From positions 1,440,001-1,504,000 of the forward strand of contig OY970359.1 of the NCBI GenBank assembly GCA_963718665.1: a stretch of 64,000 nt of DNA, in the 5' to 3' direction. The notes beneath the pieces were generated by a model. That model worked only from the letters and a program-made list of their open reading frames with translations. It had not been told where the DNA came from and ran no database searches. The DNA is from an uncultured Phycisphaerales bacterium. GTDB taxonomy: Bacteria > Planctomycetota > Phycisphaerae > Sedimentisphaerales > Anaerobacaceae. A program made the position numbers and the translations under genes. Positions 27,593 to 37,796 of this stretch are shown here, in pieces. The first letter of the stretch is position 1; every line of letters begins with the position of its first letter.

Positions 27593-29118
27593 ATGCCAAG
27601 AGAAATGCTTATTAATGTAGCCGAGAGCGAAGAATGCCGCATAGCGGTTATGGAAAACGGCTCGCTTGAAGAACTATACGTGGAGCGGGCAAGCTCCACA
27701 AGATACGTGGGCAACATATACAAAGGCAGGGTCGTCAACGTCGAGTCGGCGATTCAGGCGGCCTTCGTGGATTTCGGAACCGGCAAAAATGGTTTCCTGC
27801 ACATCAGCGACCTGCACCCGCGATACTTCGCCGGCAAATCCGCCATCGACACCGAGGAAATCGGCAAACGACGGTCGCTCAACGAGCGCAAACCGATTCA
27901 GGCCTGCCTGCACAAGGGCGAAGAGGTAGTGGTGCAGGTTACAAAGGAAGGAATCAATACCAAGGGGCCGACGCTGAGCACCTATCTTGCGCTGCCCGGT
28001 AAATACTTAGTTATGATGCCCTGGATGGAAAAATCGGGCGTCTCCCACAAAATCGAGGACGAGCAGGAACGGATTCGACTGCGAACCCTCTTCGAGCAGA
28101 GCAATCCCCCGAAAGATATTGGCTTCATTATACGGACAGCCGCACAGGGAAGCTCAAAGCGGGACATACAAAACGATATGAAGTATCTGCGGCGACTCTG
28201 GGCCGCGATTGAAAAAAGAATTTCAGGCGCAAGACGCCGTCCGAATTGTATCAGGAATCAGACCTGGTCATCAGGACGTTGCGTGACATTTTCAATAACG
28301 ACATCAGCAGGATAATGTGCGATTCCGAAAGTATGGTTAAGCGGATTCGCGACTTCCTTTCGATAGCGTCGCCTCGTCTCAAACAGCGAGTGGTATATTA
28401 TGACGGCAAAGAGCCGTTGTTCCACAAATACAAAATTGAGCAGGAAATCGCCAAGGTCCACTCGCGGGTCGTGCCCCTCAAAACAGGCGGGTCGATTGTC
28501 ATCGAGCAGACCGAGGCGCTAGTCGCAATCGACGTAAACAGCGGAAAATTCCGCAAGCACACGGACGCTGAAGAAACCGCTTTCAAAACAAATATCGATG
28601 CGGCCGAGGAAATCGCAAGACAATTGCGTCTGCGAGACCTGGGCGGTCTCATTATCTGCGATTTCATCGATATGCGAAGCCCAAAGCATCGCAGGGAAGT
28701 GGAAAAGGTCTTCAGAATCGCAACTAGGCCTGACCGCGCAAGGTCCCGGGTTCTGCACATAAGCAGCTTCGGCCTCATCGAAATGACCCGGCAAAGGATG
28801 CGGCCTTCGCTGCAATCCAGCACGTATCTGGCCTGCCCGAACTGCGCCGGCAGCGGCTATGTCAAAAGCCACGAATCCTGCGCAATTGAACTTATCCGGC
28901 TGCTTCACCTGGCTTCCTCAAAAGAAACGGTCAAAAAAGTTGAGTTGTTTGTCTCAAACGAAGTGGCGGATTATCTCCAGAACGAAAAAAGAGCGGCGAT
29001 TGCACATATTGAACAGACCAGCAACAAGCGGGTGATTATTCATTCGTCGCCCCAATATGCCGGTGAACGCTCTGAAATTGTCTGTTATAACGACAGGGGC
29101 AGTGTGATCAAACTATAG
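27593..29118 (+). CDS. Ribonuclease E/G family; apparent frameshift near 28227
   Basis: GNIYKGRV, QAAFVDFG, IDVNSG, IARQLRLRDLGGLIICDFIDM, CPNCAGSG across two frames. Confidence 0.93.
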
Positions 29119-29223
29119 CGCCGCCGCATACCCGGTACTGCGGTAAATCTTGACGGTGAGCGGTATTTCAGCGATACTGATAGCCCGGTTGGATATTTAA
29201 GGGCTTCTGGAGCATGGCATAAA

Positions 29224-30201
29224 ATGAAATTTGACCTTGATTACGCTCGGCAGGTAATAGACAGCGAGAGTAAGGCCATAAAAGGCCTCGCGGATATAAT
29301 CGGCCCGGACTTTGAACGGGCGGCGGAGATGATTTACGGCTGCTCCGGCTCTTGCATAGTCAGCGGAATCGGCAAGGCGGGCATCATAGGCCGAAAAATC
29401 AGCGCGACATTGGCATCGACCGGTACGCCGAGCCATTTCCTGCACCCCGCGGAAGCGGTGCACGGCGACCTCGGCCGGCTTAGAAAAGAAGATATAATTC
29501 TCGTCCTCAGCTACGGCGGCGAAACCGAGGAGGTTGTCCGCCTGATTAACCTTGTCAAACAGTCCCAGATTCCGCTCATTGCGATTACCGGCGAAAAGGA
29601 TTCCACCCTCGCCAAATACAGTGACGTAGTTCTCAGTATGGGCAAGCTCACCGAGGCCTGCCCGCTGGGAATCGCGCCGAGCGTCTCGACAACCTGTATG
29701 CTCGCGCTGGGAGATGCCCTTGCGTTAATGGTAATGAAAGCCAGAAACTTCAGCGTTGAGGATTTTGCGAGGTTTCATCCGGGCGGCTCGCTCGGCACAA
29801 AACTGATGACCGTTGAGCAATCGATGATGTTCAGGCCCGGCGAGAAACTCCCGATAGCGGCCGGTTCGGACACAATTGGAAAGATTCTTAAAAACACCAG
29901 CGACGTGAAACGACACGGCGCGATAATGGTTGTTGACAAACAGGGCAAGCTGGCCGGGATAATCACAGATGGCGACATACGCCGGCTGATGACAAAAGAC
30001 GGCCCCGGCGGTTTTGATATGAAGGCCTCCGATGTTATGACTAAAAACTGCAAAAGGGTTCGCCTCGATGCACTGGCGGCGGAAGCGACGGCGATTTTCC
30101 ACAAACACAGGATCGATGAGCTGCCCGTCGTGGACGCGGACGACAAGCCCGTGGGGCTTATCGATGTGCAGGACATTGTAACAATCAAAGTTGTCGGGTG
30201 A
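29224..30201 (+). CDS. kdsD: KpsF/GutQ arabinose-5-phosphate isomerase (SIS + 2 CBS)
   Basis: GIGKAG, ASTGTPS, EAVHGDLG, EACPLG, FHPGGSLG. Confidence 0.92.
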   Translation: MKFDLDYARQVIDSESKAIKGLADIIGPDFERAAEMIYGCSGSCIVSGIGKAGIIGRKISATLASTGTPSHFLHPAEAVHGDLGRLRKEDIILVLSYGGETEEVVRLINLVKQSQIPLIAITGEKDSTLAKYSDVVLSMGKLTEACPLGIAPSVSTTCMLALGDALALMVMKARNFSVEDFARFHPGGSLGTKLMTVEQSMMFRPGEKLPIAAGSDTIGKILKNTSDVKRHGAIMVVDKQGKLAGIITDGDIRRLMTKDGPGGFDMKASDVMTKNCKRVRLDALAAEATAIFHKHRIDELPVVDADDKPVGLIDVQDIVTIKVVG

Positions 30202-30202
30202 G

Positions 30203-30316
30203 CCCCGTTAGAAAAAAATTGTAATACGGAACTTTATGATAAATCGCAGCTCTCTAACGGGGTTAGAAAAAATGGTAATACAGAAATTTCCAATAAATCG
30301 CAGATTTCTAACGGGG
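30203..30316 (+). mobile_element. Head-to-tail dimer of the 59-bp element (copies 2 and 3), intergenic
   Basis: 30203-30262 full copy (60 bp); 30262-30316 copy lacking the leading CCCC. Confidence 0.85.
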
Positions 30317-30360
30317 CAGGCCTGACAAAAAGATAATATTGAGAAAGAGCAAAAAATAAA

Positions 30361-32406
30361 ATGCTGCTGCATTCGAGAAGGTTCACAATCTGGCTCGTTT
30401 CATTCCTGGCGGTGCTGGTCGTCTATTTTATTTACAACCGCCTGAATAGGACCCCGACTATACCAACGGACATAACTACGACGCCGGCGGGGCAGCTCGC
30501 CAACGTGCGCGATTCAAATGTCAATATCGGAAAAGTCGGAGACGTCGGCGTCGGCATCATTAAAAACGCACGCTATATCACCCTTAACGCCCAAAAACAG
30601 GTCGAAAGAGAGTTCGGATTCAAAGAGCTCCTTCACCAGGACGGCAACAACTGGGAAATCGAAAAGCCATATATGAATATCTACCGCCGAAGCTTCAACT
30701 GCTCGCTTACGGGCGAGCGGGCAATAGTCGCGGTGGAAATGGCGGGCGGCCGGGTAACGCCCAAACAAGGTATGCTGATGGGCAACGTTATTATCCGGAT
30801 TTTACCCAAACAAAAAGATGCCGCCGGCGAAATGACTATTTATCTTGATGATATCTCTTTTTCCGCGGACAAATCGTTGTTTTCGACGGCAGGGCCAATC
30901 GAGCTTGTCTCGGAAAACATCCGGATGACCGGCACAGGCGTGGAAATTGTTTATAACGGCGACGACGAGCGCCTCGAACGGCTGCAAATAACAAAACTGC
31001 AGAGCTTGCGTATAAAAAAATGGTCCCAGGGAACGGTTTTGCGGTCAACGCCGGACGCCAACGCAAATAACCAAAAAGGCGAAAGCGAACAAGCATCCAA
31101 ACGCGGGAAATACTACCAATGCACGCTCGACAAAGATGTCAGGATTGAAACGCCGAATGAACGGCTGCTTGCTGACGCCCTTTTGATAAACGATATCTTC
31201 ATGCAGGACAGCTCGGATGAGCAGGCAGGACAGGGATCCTCACCCGATGAAAACTTTGCCCCGATTCCAGCCAGCAACAGACCACAGGCAGCCGTTTCGG
31301 AGGAATCGCCCAGCGATATCACAATCACCTGCGACGGCGGCATTATAGTTACCCCGATGGGTACATCAGCCGAGAAGAAATCGCCCAAACAGCAAACCAC
31401 TTATGCCGAAATTATCGCCCAGCAGGATGCCAACGCCTCTCCGGTCGGCAAAACCACCTTCAGGGGCGTAAACGTTACCTACAGCGCGATAACGGGCGAG
31501 GCAGTCGCAATCGGCCCTTCAAGCATTGCGTTTGACGTGAACGAAAAAACAGAGAACGGCGCAGGCAAACCGGGAACCGTCAGAATGACCTCCCGCCGAC
31601 AGGCCGTGTTCTCGCCCGCCTCAAACAAGAGCACATTCGAAGGCGATTGCCGCTGCACGGTCTTACAGGAGGAGGGTGCAATACTTCAACAGTATATAGT
31701 TCTGGCCGACAAGCTCGAAATCGACCTGGTTAAGAAAAATACAAACAATGACTCCGGACAGGCAATGGATGTCAATCGCATGATTGCTACCGGCCCGGGT
31801 GTGCACTTAGCCAGCACAAAAAAAACCGGCAACAAGCTGTTGACGGGTATGGAGCTTAAATGCGCCTCGGTTAATTACGATACAAACGACGGCAATTTCT
31901 TCGCGACAGGGCCGGGCCTGATAAAAGTGGATAATTCGCAGACCGATGAGCCGCAGGAAAATCTCGACAGGTTCAGCTTGCGGCGAAAAAGTTACGCCCT
32001 TATGCGGAACTTCGACTGGCTTTCCTACGCAGGCCAAAGCAAACACTTAGTAGCTGATTCGAAGGGCGGTTCGCTTTTAGTTGATTATTTCCCGATCGTC
32101 GAAGGTCACGGCAACGAAAAGGTTTCCATAACCGCATCGCATGTCGAAGCCGATATCGCCGATATGCCGACCGGGCGAACGGAGCTTAAAGATATGCAGG
32201 CAACAGGCGCGGTTACTTACGAAGACAAGGACACGCAGGTCATAGGCAACGAATTTATCTACGATGCCAACACCGCCTTAATTGATATCAAAGGCGACAA
32301 AGTCCGTCCCTGCATTTTCAACGGTGCAGTTATCGACGCCGTGCGATACGATACAAAAACCGGCAAGTGGAATACGCACCTCAAAGGCCCGGGGGCGATA
32401 AGGTAA
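30361..32406 (+). CDS. Membrane-anchored beta-rich protein, probably LptC/LptA(OstA)-like LPS transport protein
   Basis: One N-terminal TM, repeated beta-jellyroll-like segments; directly downstream of kdsD. Confidence 0.55.
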   Translation: MLLHSRRFTIWLVSFLAVLVVYFIYNRLNRTPTIPTDITTTPAGQLANVRDSNVNIGKVGDVGVGIIKNARYITLNAQKQVEREFGFKELLHQDGNNWEIEKPYMNIYRRSFNCSLTGERAIVAVEMAGGRVTPKQGMLMGNVIIRILPKQKDAAGEMTIYLDDISFSADKSLFSTAGPIELVSENIRMTGTGVEIVYNGDDERLERLQITKLQSLRIKKWSQGTVLRSTPDANANNQKGESEQASKRGKYYQCTLDKDVRIETPNERLLADALLINDIFMQDSSDEQAGQGSSPDENFAPIPASNRPQAAVSEESPSDITITCDGGIIVTPMGTSAEKKSPKQQTTYAEIIAQQDANASPVGKTTFRGVNVTYSAITGEAVAIGPSSIAFDVNEKTENGAGKPGTVRMTSRRQAVFSPASNKSTFEGDCRCTVLQEEGAILQQYIVLADKLEIDLVKKNTNNDSGQAMDVNRMIATGPGVHLASTKKTGNKLLTGMELKCASVNYDTNDGNFFATGPGLIKVDNSQTDEPQENLDRFSLRRKSYALMRNFDWLSYAGQSKHLVADSKGGSLLVDYFPIVEGHGNEKVSITASHVEADIADMPTGRTELKDMQATGAVTYEDKDTQVIGNEFIYDANTALIDIKGDKVRPCIFNGAVIDAVRYDTKTGKWNTHLKGPGAIR

Positions 32407-32588
32407 TTGCCGATTTTCGATTGCCGATTTAGCCGCAAAAAAGTGCAAAATTCACAAAAGCATAAACGTAAATCGGGGTTTATCCGCCTTTTGACCATTA
32501 CTCGAGCTTTTTATAAGGCGTCTAACTCTAATTATTACAAAGGGTTATGCTAAAATAGTAAATTTTTTGAAAAGTGGTTATATTTATA

Positions 32589-32616
32589 TTGACTTATAAT
32601 TTTATTTTTGTATAAT
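32589..32616 (+). promoter_or_regulatory. Near-consensus sigma70 promoter upstream of HNH-AP2 copy 2
   Basis: TTGACT at 32589 and TG-TATAAT ending at 32616. Confidence 0.7.
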
Positions 32617-32789
32617 TCAAACTCGCACTGGCCGGTGGTGGGCTGGCCAGGCAGTTCGCGCAGCACCCGCCTTCGCCGAAAGCTACGGCGGGCGGGGCGC
32701 AAGATGTGACCCAGCAGGGCAAGGTAGCACCAAACATTAAGGCACTTGGTGATTTTGTGTCTTAGTGGCGAATTAAAGGAGATGGGGTC

Positions 32790-33368
32790 ATGTCTGTTAA
32801 TTTAAATTTAAGGGTTCCCGAATGGTTAGACAAAATCTGCGCAAGTCCATTGATTGTTTATCGCCGGCTGAAATATGGTTTCTCGTTCCGCAGAATTTAT
32901 CTTGGGCAGAACGAATACACAATCGTCGAACCAGCGGATTACTATGCCTTCAGTAAATACAACTGGATTTTAATAAGATGCAATAAAAAACCTTACGCTA
33001 TCAGCGAATTTAAAATCGGGCGTAAAAAAACTAAGAGGGTGTATTTGCACAGGGCAATTATGAAGCCCAGAGGACGGAAACTTGTTGACCACAGAAACTG
33101 CGACGGCTTAGATAATCGCAGGGCGAACCTGCGCTTGGCTACTTATGCTCAAAATCTCGCTAACAGGGCAAAAACAAAATCGAAGACAACTTCGAAATAT
33201 CGCGGGGTTTCTTTTAACAAGGGCGGCAAGAAATGGGGTGCCACAATTAGCTGGCGACATAAGGCAAGATGGCTTGGCCGATTTGAAAACGAAATCGACG
33301 CCGCAAAAGCATACGACAAGGCCGCACGTAAATACTATAAGGATTTCGCACGGTTGAATTTTCCGTAG
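32790..33368 (+). CDS. HNH endonuclease - AP2 domain protein (copy 2)
   Basis: VDHRNCDGLDNRRANL; SKYRGV...WLGRFENEIDAAKAYDKAA...ARLNFP; colinear with 17872..18474. Confidence 0.9.
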   Translation: MSVNLNLRVPEWLDKICASPLIVYRRLKYGFSFRRIYLGQNEYTIVEPADYYAFSKYNWILIRCNKKPYAISEFKIGRKKTKRVYLHRAIMKPRGRKLVDHRNCDGLDNRRANLRLATYAQNLANRAKTKSKTTSKYRGVSFNKGGKKWGATISWRHKARWLGRFENEIDAAKAYDKAARKYYKDFARLNFP

Positions 33369-33464
33369 CCACAGATTACACAGATTGCACAGATTTATTT
33401 TTGACGCTGATTAACGCAGATTGCGCAGATTTTTCACCACGAAGCGGGACGAAGAAACACAAAG
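33368..33464 (+). repeat. Cluster of 9-bp-period repeats
   Basis: cacagatta-cacagattg-cacagattt; cgctgatta-acgcagattg-cgcagattt; cacgaag..gacgaag..cacaaag. Confidence 0.8.
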
Positions 33465-33560
33465 GTTTCGGTCAGTGATGCGTACTTAACGCGGCCTTTG
33501 CTCTCCCTAAGGGATGCGCAAGGCCCACGTCTCGTCCGCGGGTCTAACTTCGTTATCCCC

Positions 33561-33610
33561 CGGCAATTCTGCCGGAACTGGCCGAAACAAATTAAGCCGA
33601 GCGAAACACA
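33561..33610 (+). repeat. 50-bp structured repeat (partner of 8455..8504)
   Basis: CGGCAATTCTGCCGGAACTGGCCGAAACAAATTAAGCCGAGCGAAACACA. Confidence 0.7.
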
Positions 33611-33658
33611 CTGTCCGCTCCACGCTGATTATTCCTTTGACGCCGAGAACGTCAGGAT

Positions 33659-36604
33659 TTATAGGAATAAATTTCTCAACAACCCTCTTACTTTCTCCGC
33701 TTCTTTATTGTTTCCCTGCGATTCAAATAACTTTATTGCTATTTCAAGTTCATTCTTGGCTTCCTCTTTTCTTCCAATTTTAGAAAGAAAGACACCATAA
33801 TCTCTGTCATTTTTGGGGTAATTATCTACCGGATAGTTAGCCACAACTCTTGTTGTTTCTTTGTATTCTTTTTCTGCTTCTTCGTATTTTCCTAGTTTTC
33901 CTAATGTATTTGCTAAATGCCTATGGGCTGAAGGGTACATATCATTTAGTTCTATTGCTTTTCTATATTCTTTTTCGGCTTCCTTATATAGTTTTAATTT
34001 ATCCTCATCGTTTCGTGCTCTATCACCTAATTCCTCTTGTAAAATTCCTAGATTTTTATGAGCTAAGGCACTGTTTGGGTCTAATCTTAATGCGTCTACA
34101 AGAGCATTTTTTGCCTCGTCAAACTTGCCTGATCTTATCAATGCTCTTGCGCGGTGGGCATGAATATCTGGAAGTTGACTACAAAGATACTCAAATTGGG
34201 TACGAACCTTACTATCATCGGGGCGTATTTTTAGTATTTCTTCAAATTGTCGTGCCGCTTCCACCTCTCTTCCGCGATATGATAAGAAATATTCATAAGT
34301 AGTACGCGCCTTAACATTCTTGGGATTTTTTTCTATCACTTTATTGTAGCAATCTTCCGCTTCTTTGTCCCTATTTAACTTTTCTAATAAAACTCCAAGA
34401 CAAATAAGCGCGTCTTCGTAGTCTGGAGTTATTTCTAGAGCATTTCTGTACTCTTCTTCAGCTTTTTCGTATAGTTTTTTAGCCTCATCACGTCTATCTT
34501 TCTTAACTTCCTCGTTCCCCAGAGTTACTAACAGATATCCAAGATTATTATGCGCTTCTGCATAATCCCGTTTTGATTCTATAGCTTTCCTATATTCTCT
34601 TTCTGCCTCGTCATATCTTTTTAAGTTCGTTAATGCATAACCGAGAGCGAGATGGGCTTCAGCATAATTAGGATTGATATCGAGCGCTTTTCTATGTTCT
34701 TTTTCGGCTTCTTCATAATTTTTTAGATTTGCTAATAAACGACCAAGATTGACATAGGCAACAATATAATCTGGAGATGCTTTTATAGCTTTTTTGTATT
34801 CCTCTTCCGCTTCTTTCCACCTTCTCAGTTTTGCCAATAAATACCCCAAATTGTTATGAGCAGAAGGATACTCTGGCTTTAATCTTATCGCCTCCCTATA
34901 CTCTTTCTCCGCTTCTTCATCTTTTCCTAATTTGTTTGCCAATAAGTGTCCAAGGAGATTATGTGCAAAAGGAGATTCAGTATTTAACTCTATTGCCTTC
35001 TTATATTCCTTTTCCGCTTCTTCATCTTTTCCCAATTTTCCCAAGGCATACGCAAGACAATGATGTGCCGATGGATAACTTTCGTTTATCTTTATTGCTG
35101 TTCTATGTTTTTCCACCGCTTCTTGATATAACCCTCTTGCTTCATCGCATTCTCCTTTAATTTCTCCTAAGCTGGTTAGCACATACCCAAGATTGTTATG
35201 GTTTGCAGCATAAGAAGGGGCTATCTTTATTGCTTCTCTATACTCGTCTATTGCTTTTTTATATAGTTCTTCCGCTTCGTTATATTTCCCCTTGGCCTCC
35301 TCAGATTCTCCCAATTTTGTTGATGCATACCCAAGACCGTTATGTGCAAGAGCATAATTGGGATATATCCTCAACGCTGCTAAATGACAATCTTTAGCAT
35401 GAACGAAATCATTTTTATAGAGAAATCCATTCCCAAGATAGAATAAACTCCCTGGATCGTTCACCCCAATAAGCATATTCTTTAATTTCATTAAATCATT
35501 TATTGAAGGATCATAATCATAGACGCAGATATCTAAATATGCTGCGTAAATATCAATAATGCCTTCATCCATTGTGATGAGACTTCCCTCCTTCAAGTTA
35601 TTGATAATTTCATCCCAAATATATTTTTTTGTTTTTTCAGGCGGTAACTCGAAGATATTTTCGCAAACATCCTTAACGCGACTCTCTTTATAAAGGAATA
35701 AATTTCCCCCCCTTAGTAACTTTAAAGCTCTTAAAACGACTTTACCGTCTTTTGCACTTTTATATCTCTCTTTCATATCTCCCAAGTCCAAAGTAATAGA
35801 CCCGGGGGTCCCATCAAACTGTTCTGGGTTCCACTTAAAATTTTTATCTTCTTTCTTGATATCTTCTAGCAGCATCTTCCGTTCATTTTCACTAATCACT
35901 TCCAGTTCTATGGTTGTGAATTGTCTATACATTTCTGTTTTGACTAAATCCAATTCTTCTCCAGTACGGCAAGTAGCGACTACGATTAATTTTTTACTTT
36001 TCTTCTTTAAACTATCGATTACATACTCGGTCTTCTTATCAACAAAACGTTCAAGATCATCGAGAAATAGGATGAGGTTCTTATTACTCCAAGGAGGGAT
36101 TTTAATTTTTTCTATCTCTGCCTCTTCGGGTTTTGGTTTGATTACTGAGAAATTTTCAAGTTTCTTTATTGCCTCATAGGACGCTCTTGTTTTTCCTATT
36201 TTTGGTTTGCCAGTAATCAAAATATATTCTTCATTTTTAAGGGAATTCTCTATTGTCGTATCGCTTTTTCGTGGCCTGTGGGCTTTTTTATAACCTTGAA
36301 TCTTGAAGTTTTCAGGTGTAAGTTTCTTAACTGGTTCATAAAATTCCCAAATCTTTCTAAATTCATCCTCTTTTTCTTTTTTCCAAGCATAAATCGTGAT
36401 CACAAAAAACACAGGAACAAGGGCAACCAAACCTATCATATGTATAGAGCAAAACTTGATGAGGTTAGATATCATCTCTTCTTTCCATTCGTGAGGAATA
36501 CGCTCATATATGATATTGCCGGAAATGGCCACGATGAGGCCAACCACGATACTCCCAAATATAAAACTCCCCATTAATTTTATGATTTTCCACAGACCTG
36601 CCAT
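33659..36604 (-). CDS. 2TM - STAND-like P-loop NTPase - TPR array protein (NLR-like)
   Basis: Two N-terminal hydrophobic helices; Walker A GKPKIGKT, Walker B LILFLDD, IVVATCR, GTP (GxP); more than ten TPRs (AHNNLG...EAEEEYKKAI...P); AT-rich. Confidence 0.85.
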   Translation of the reverse strand: MAGLWKIIKLMGSFIFGSIVVGLIVAISGNIIYERIPHEWKEEMISNLIKFCSIHMIGLVALVPVFFVITIYAWKKEKEDEFRKIWEFYEPVKKLTPENFKIQGYKKAHRPRKSDTTIENSLKNEEYILITGKPKIGKTRASYEAIKKLENFSVIKPKPEEAEIEKIKIPPWSNKNLILFLDDLERFVDKKTEYVIDSLKKKSKKLIVVATCRTGEELDLVKTEMYRQFTTIELEVISENERKMLLEDIKKEDKNFKWNPEQFDGTPGSITLDLGDMKERYKSAKDGKVVLRALKLLRGGNLFLYKESRVKDVCENIFELPPEKTKKYIWDEIINNLKEGSLITMDEGIIDIYAAYLDICVYDYDPSINDLMKLKNMLIGVNDPGSLFYLGNGFLYKNDFVHAKDCHLAALRIYPNYALAHNGLGYASTKLGESEEAKGKYNEAEELYKKAIDEYREAIKIAPSYAANHNNLGYVLTSLGEIKGECDEARGLYQEAVEKHRTAIKINESYPSAHHCLAYALGKLGKDEEAEKEYKKAIELNTESPFAHNLLGHLLANKLGKDEEAEKEYREAIRLKPEYPSAHNNLGYLLAKLRRWKEAEEEYKKAIKASPDYIVAYVNLGRLLANLKNYEEAEKEHRKALDINPNYAEAHLALGYALTNLKRYDEAEREYRKAIESKRDYAEAHNNLGYLLVTLGNEEVKKDRRDEAKKLYEKAEEEYRNALEITPDYEDALICLGVLLEKLNRDKEAEDCYNKVIEKNPKNVKARTTYEYFLSYRGREVEAARQFEEILKIRPDDSKVRTQFEYLCSQLPDIHAHRARALIRSGKFDEAKNALVDALRLDPNSALAHKNLGILQEELGDRARNDEDKLKLYKEAEKEYRKAIELNDMYPSAHRHLANTLGKLGKYEEAEKEYKETTRVVANYPVDNYPKNDRDYGVFLSKIGRKEEAKNELEIAIKLFESQGNNKEAEKVRGLLRNLFL

Positions 36605-36725
36605 TTTATCCTCCGGTATTCAATTATAAGGTGCTCCGTAGGCAATCGCGCACAACTAAAATAACCGAACGCTTCATGCTCCTAATTAGCATATTTCCTC
36701 TGCAACTATTCTGCCGTTCACCTAC

Positions 36726-36806
36726 TCACCTGTCAAGGGCGGCCTTGAGAACGTCGTCGGCTTTTTTAACAAAGACAAACTTCACCCCTTTTTTCGCCTC
36801 AAGATT
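36726..36806 (-). pseudogene. Orphan fragment resembling the extreme C-terminus of Lon protease
   Basis: NLEAKKGVKFVFVKKADDVLKAALDR*, with an in-frame stop directly upstream. Confidence 0.55.
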
Positions 36807-36892
36807 TCATAATACCGACGTTACCGTATTACTCGCTGCCCTTCGGGAAGATAAATCCTGTTATCCTATCAAAAAACTATGTAGCAAAAACG

Positions 36893-37636
36893 TCAGCGGC
36901 AGAGGGCTTTTAGTTCGGAGAGGGACAGTTCGTTTAGATGCTCAATAACTTTATCCGCGGGTTTTAAGTGTTCAGCGGCGTAAGTGTTGGTAATGGCGAC
37001 CGTTCGCATGCCGGCGGCCTTCGCGGCCTCAAGGCCCCAGTGCGAATCCTCAATCACAACACAATTTTCCGGCTTGATTGACTTGTGCATCCTCTTGTCG
37101 AGCAGTTTCAGAGCCAGCAGAAAACCTTCGGGGTCGGGTTTGCCATTTTCAACCTGTTCGGCTGAAACAATCACCTCGAAATAACTGCGCAACAACGCAC
37201 CCTTAAGAATCATTTCGATTTCAGGCAGCAACGCGCCGGAGCAGATTCCAATCGGGATTTTATTGCCGGCGAGCATATTAAGAAACTGGGGCACGCCCTC
37301 GATTATGCCCGCCCCGTTAGAAATCTGCGATTTATCGGAAACTTTTGTATTACGATTTTTTCTAACGGGGCCCGCCTCGGTCGCCGCCATTTCTTTGAAG
37401 AGGTTCGCCTTTTCGCCGAGCAATTTTTCGAACTGCTGATTCGATAAAGACAGCTTTCCCTCTTTGTTAACAATTCGCAGAAGCTCCTGGTCTGAAAGCC
37501 CGAGGAACCTGTCATAATAATCGCGTATCGATAACTGGTAATTGAATTTGGTCAGCGTGCGGTTGAACGCCTGATAGTGCAGTTTTTCGGAATCCACGAG
37601 GACGCCATCGAAATCAAATATAACAGCTTCGAGCAT
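36893..37636 (-). CDS. HAD-superfamily phosphatase (beta-PGM/CbbY-like) carrying an in-frame 21-aa repeat insertion
   Basis: IFDFDGVLVDSE, GKPDPEGF, VIEDS..GLEAAKAAGM. Confidence 0.93.
   Translation of the reverse strand: MLEAVIFDFDGVLVDSEKLHYQAFNRTLTKFNYQLSIRDYYDRFLGLSDQELLRIVNKEGKLSLSNQQFEKLLGEKANLFKEMAATEAGPVRKNRNTKVSDKSQISNGAGIIEGVPQFLNMLAGNKIPIGICSGALLPEIEMILKGALLRSYFEVIVSAEQVENGKPDPEGFLLALKLLDKRMHKSIKPENCVVIEDSHWGLEAAKAAGMRTVAITNTYAAEHLKPADKVIEHLNELSLSELKALCR
37312..37370 (-). mobile_element. 59-bp MITE-like element, copy 4 (intragenic, in frame)
   Basis: Perfect 12-bp TIRs; exact 4-bp direct repeat CCCG on both sides (+ strand). Confidence 0.9.
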
Positions 37637-37695
37637 ATCAACACCTTTGGCCACAGAGATTTCCGAAGCGGGCTCGTCGTTTCGCTCCGTGTTTA

Positions 37696-37790
37696 GCCAC
37701 AGAGGACACAGAGAGCACAGAGATTAAAAACAAAAACAGTGTAAATCCGTGTTAATCCGTGTCTGAAATCAGCGGTGTCAATTCGTGTCT
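37696..37790. repeat. 9-bp-period repeats in both orientations
   Basis: cacagagga-cacagagag-cacagaga, then cagtgtaaa-tccgtgttaa-tccgtgtc. Confidence 0.7.
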
Positions 37791-37796
37791 GTTTCA

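Noticed and set aside
30203..30316. CRISPR mini-array
   Set aside because: The interiors are homologous to each other rather than unique spacers; no cas genes; explained by the TIR element
33368..33464. CRISPR or iteron array
   Set aside because: 9-bp degenerate period without spacers, scattered at many gene junctions
36640..36672. attI-like site upstream of the STAND gene (CGGTTATTTTAGTTGTGCG on minus)
   Set aside because: Weak match, no adjacent intI and no attC after the gene
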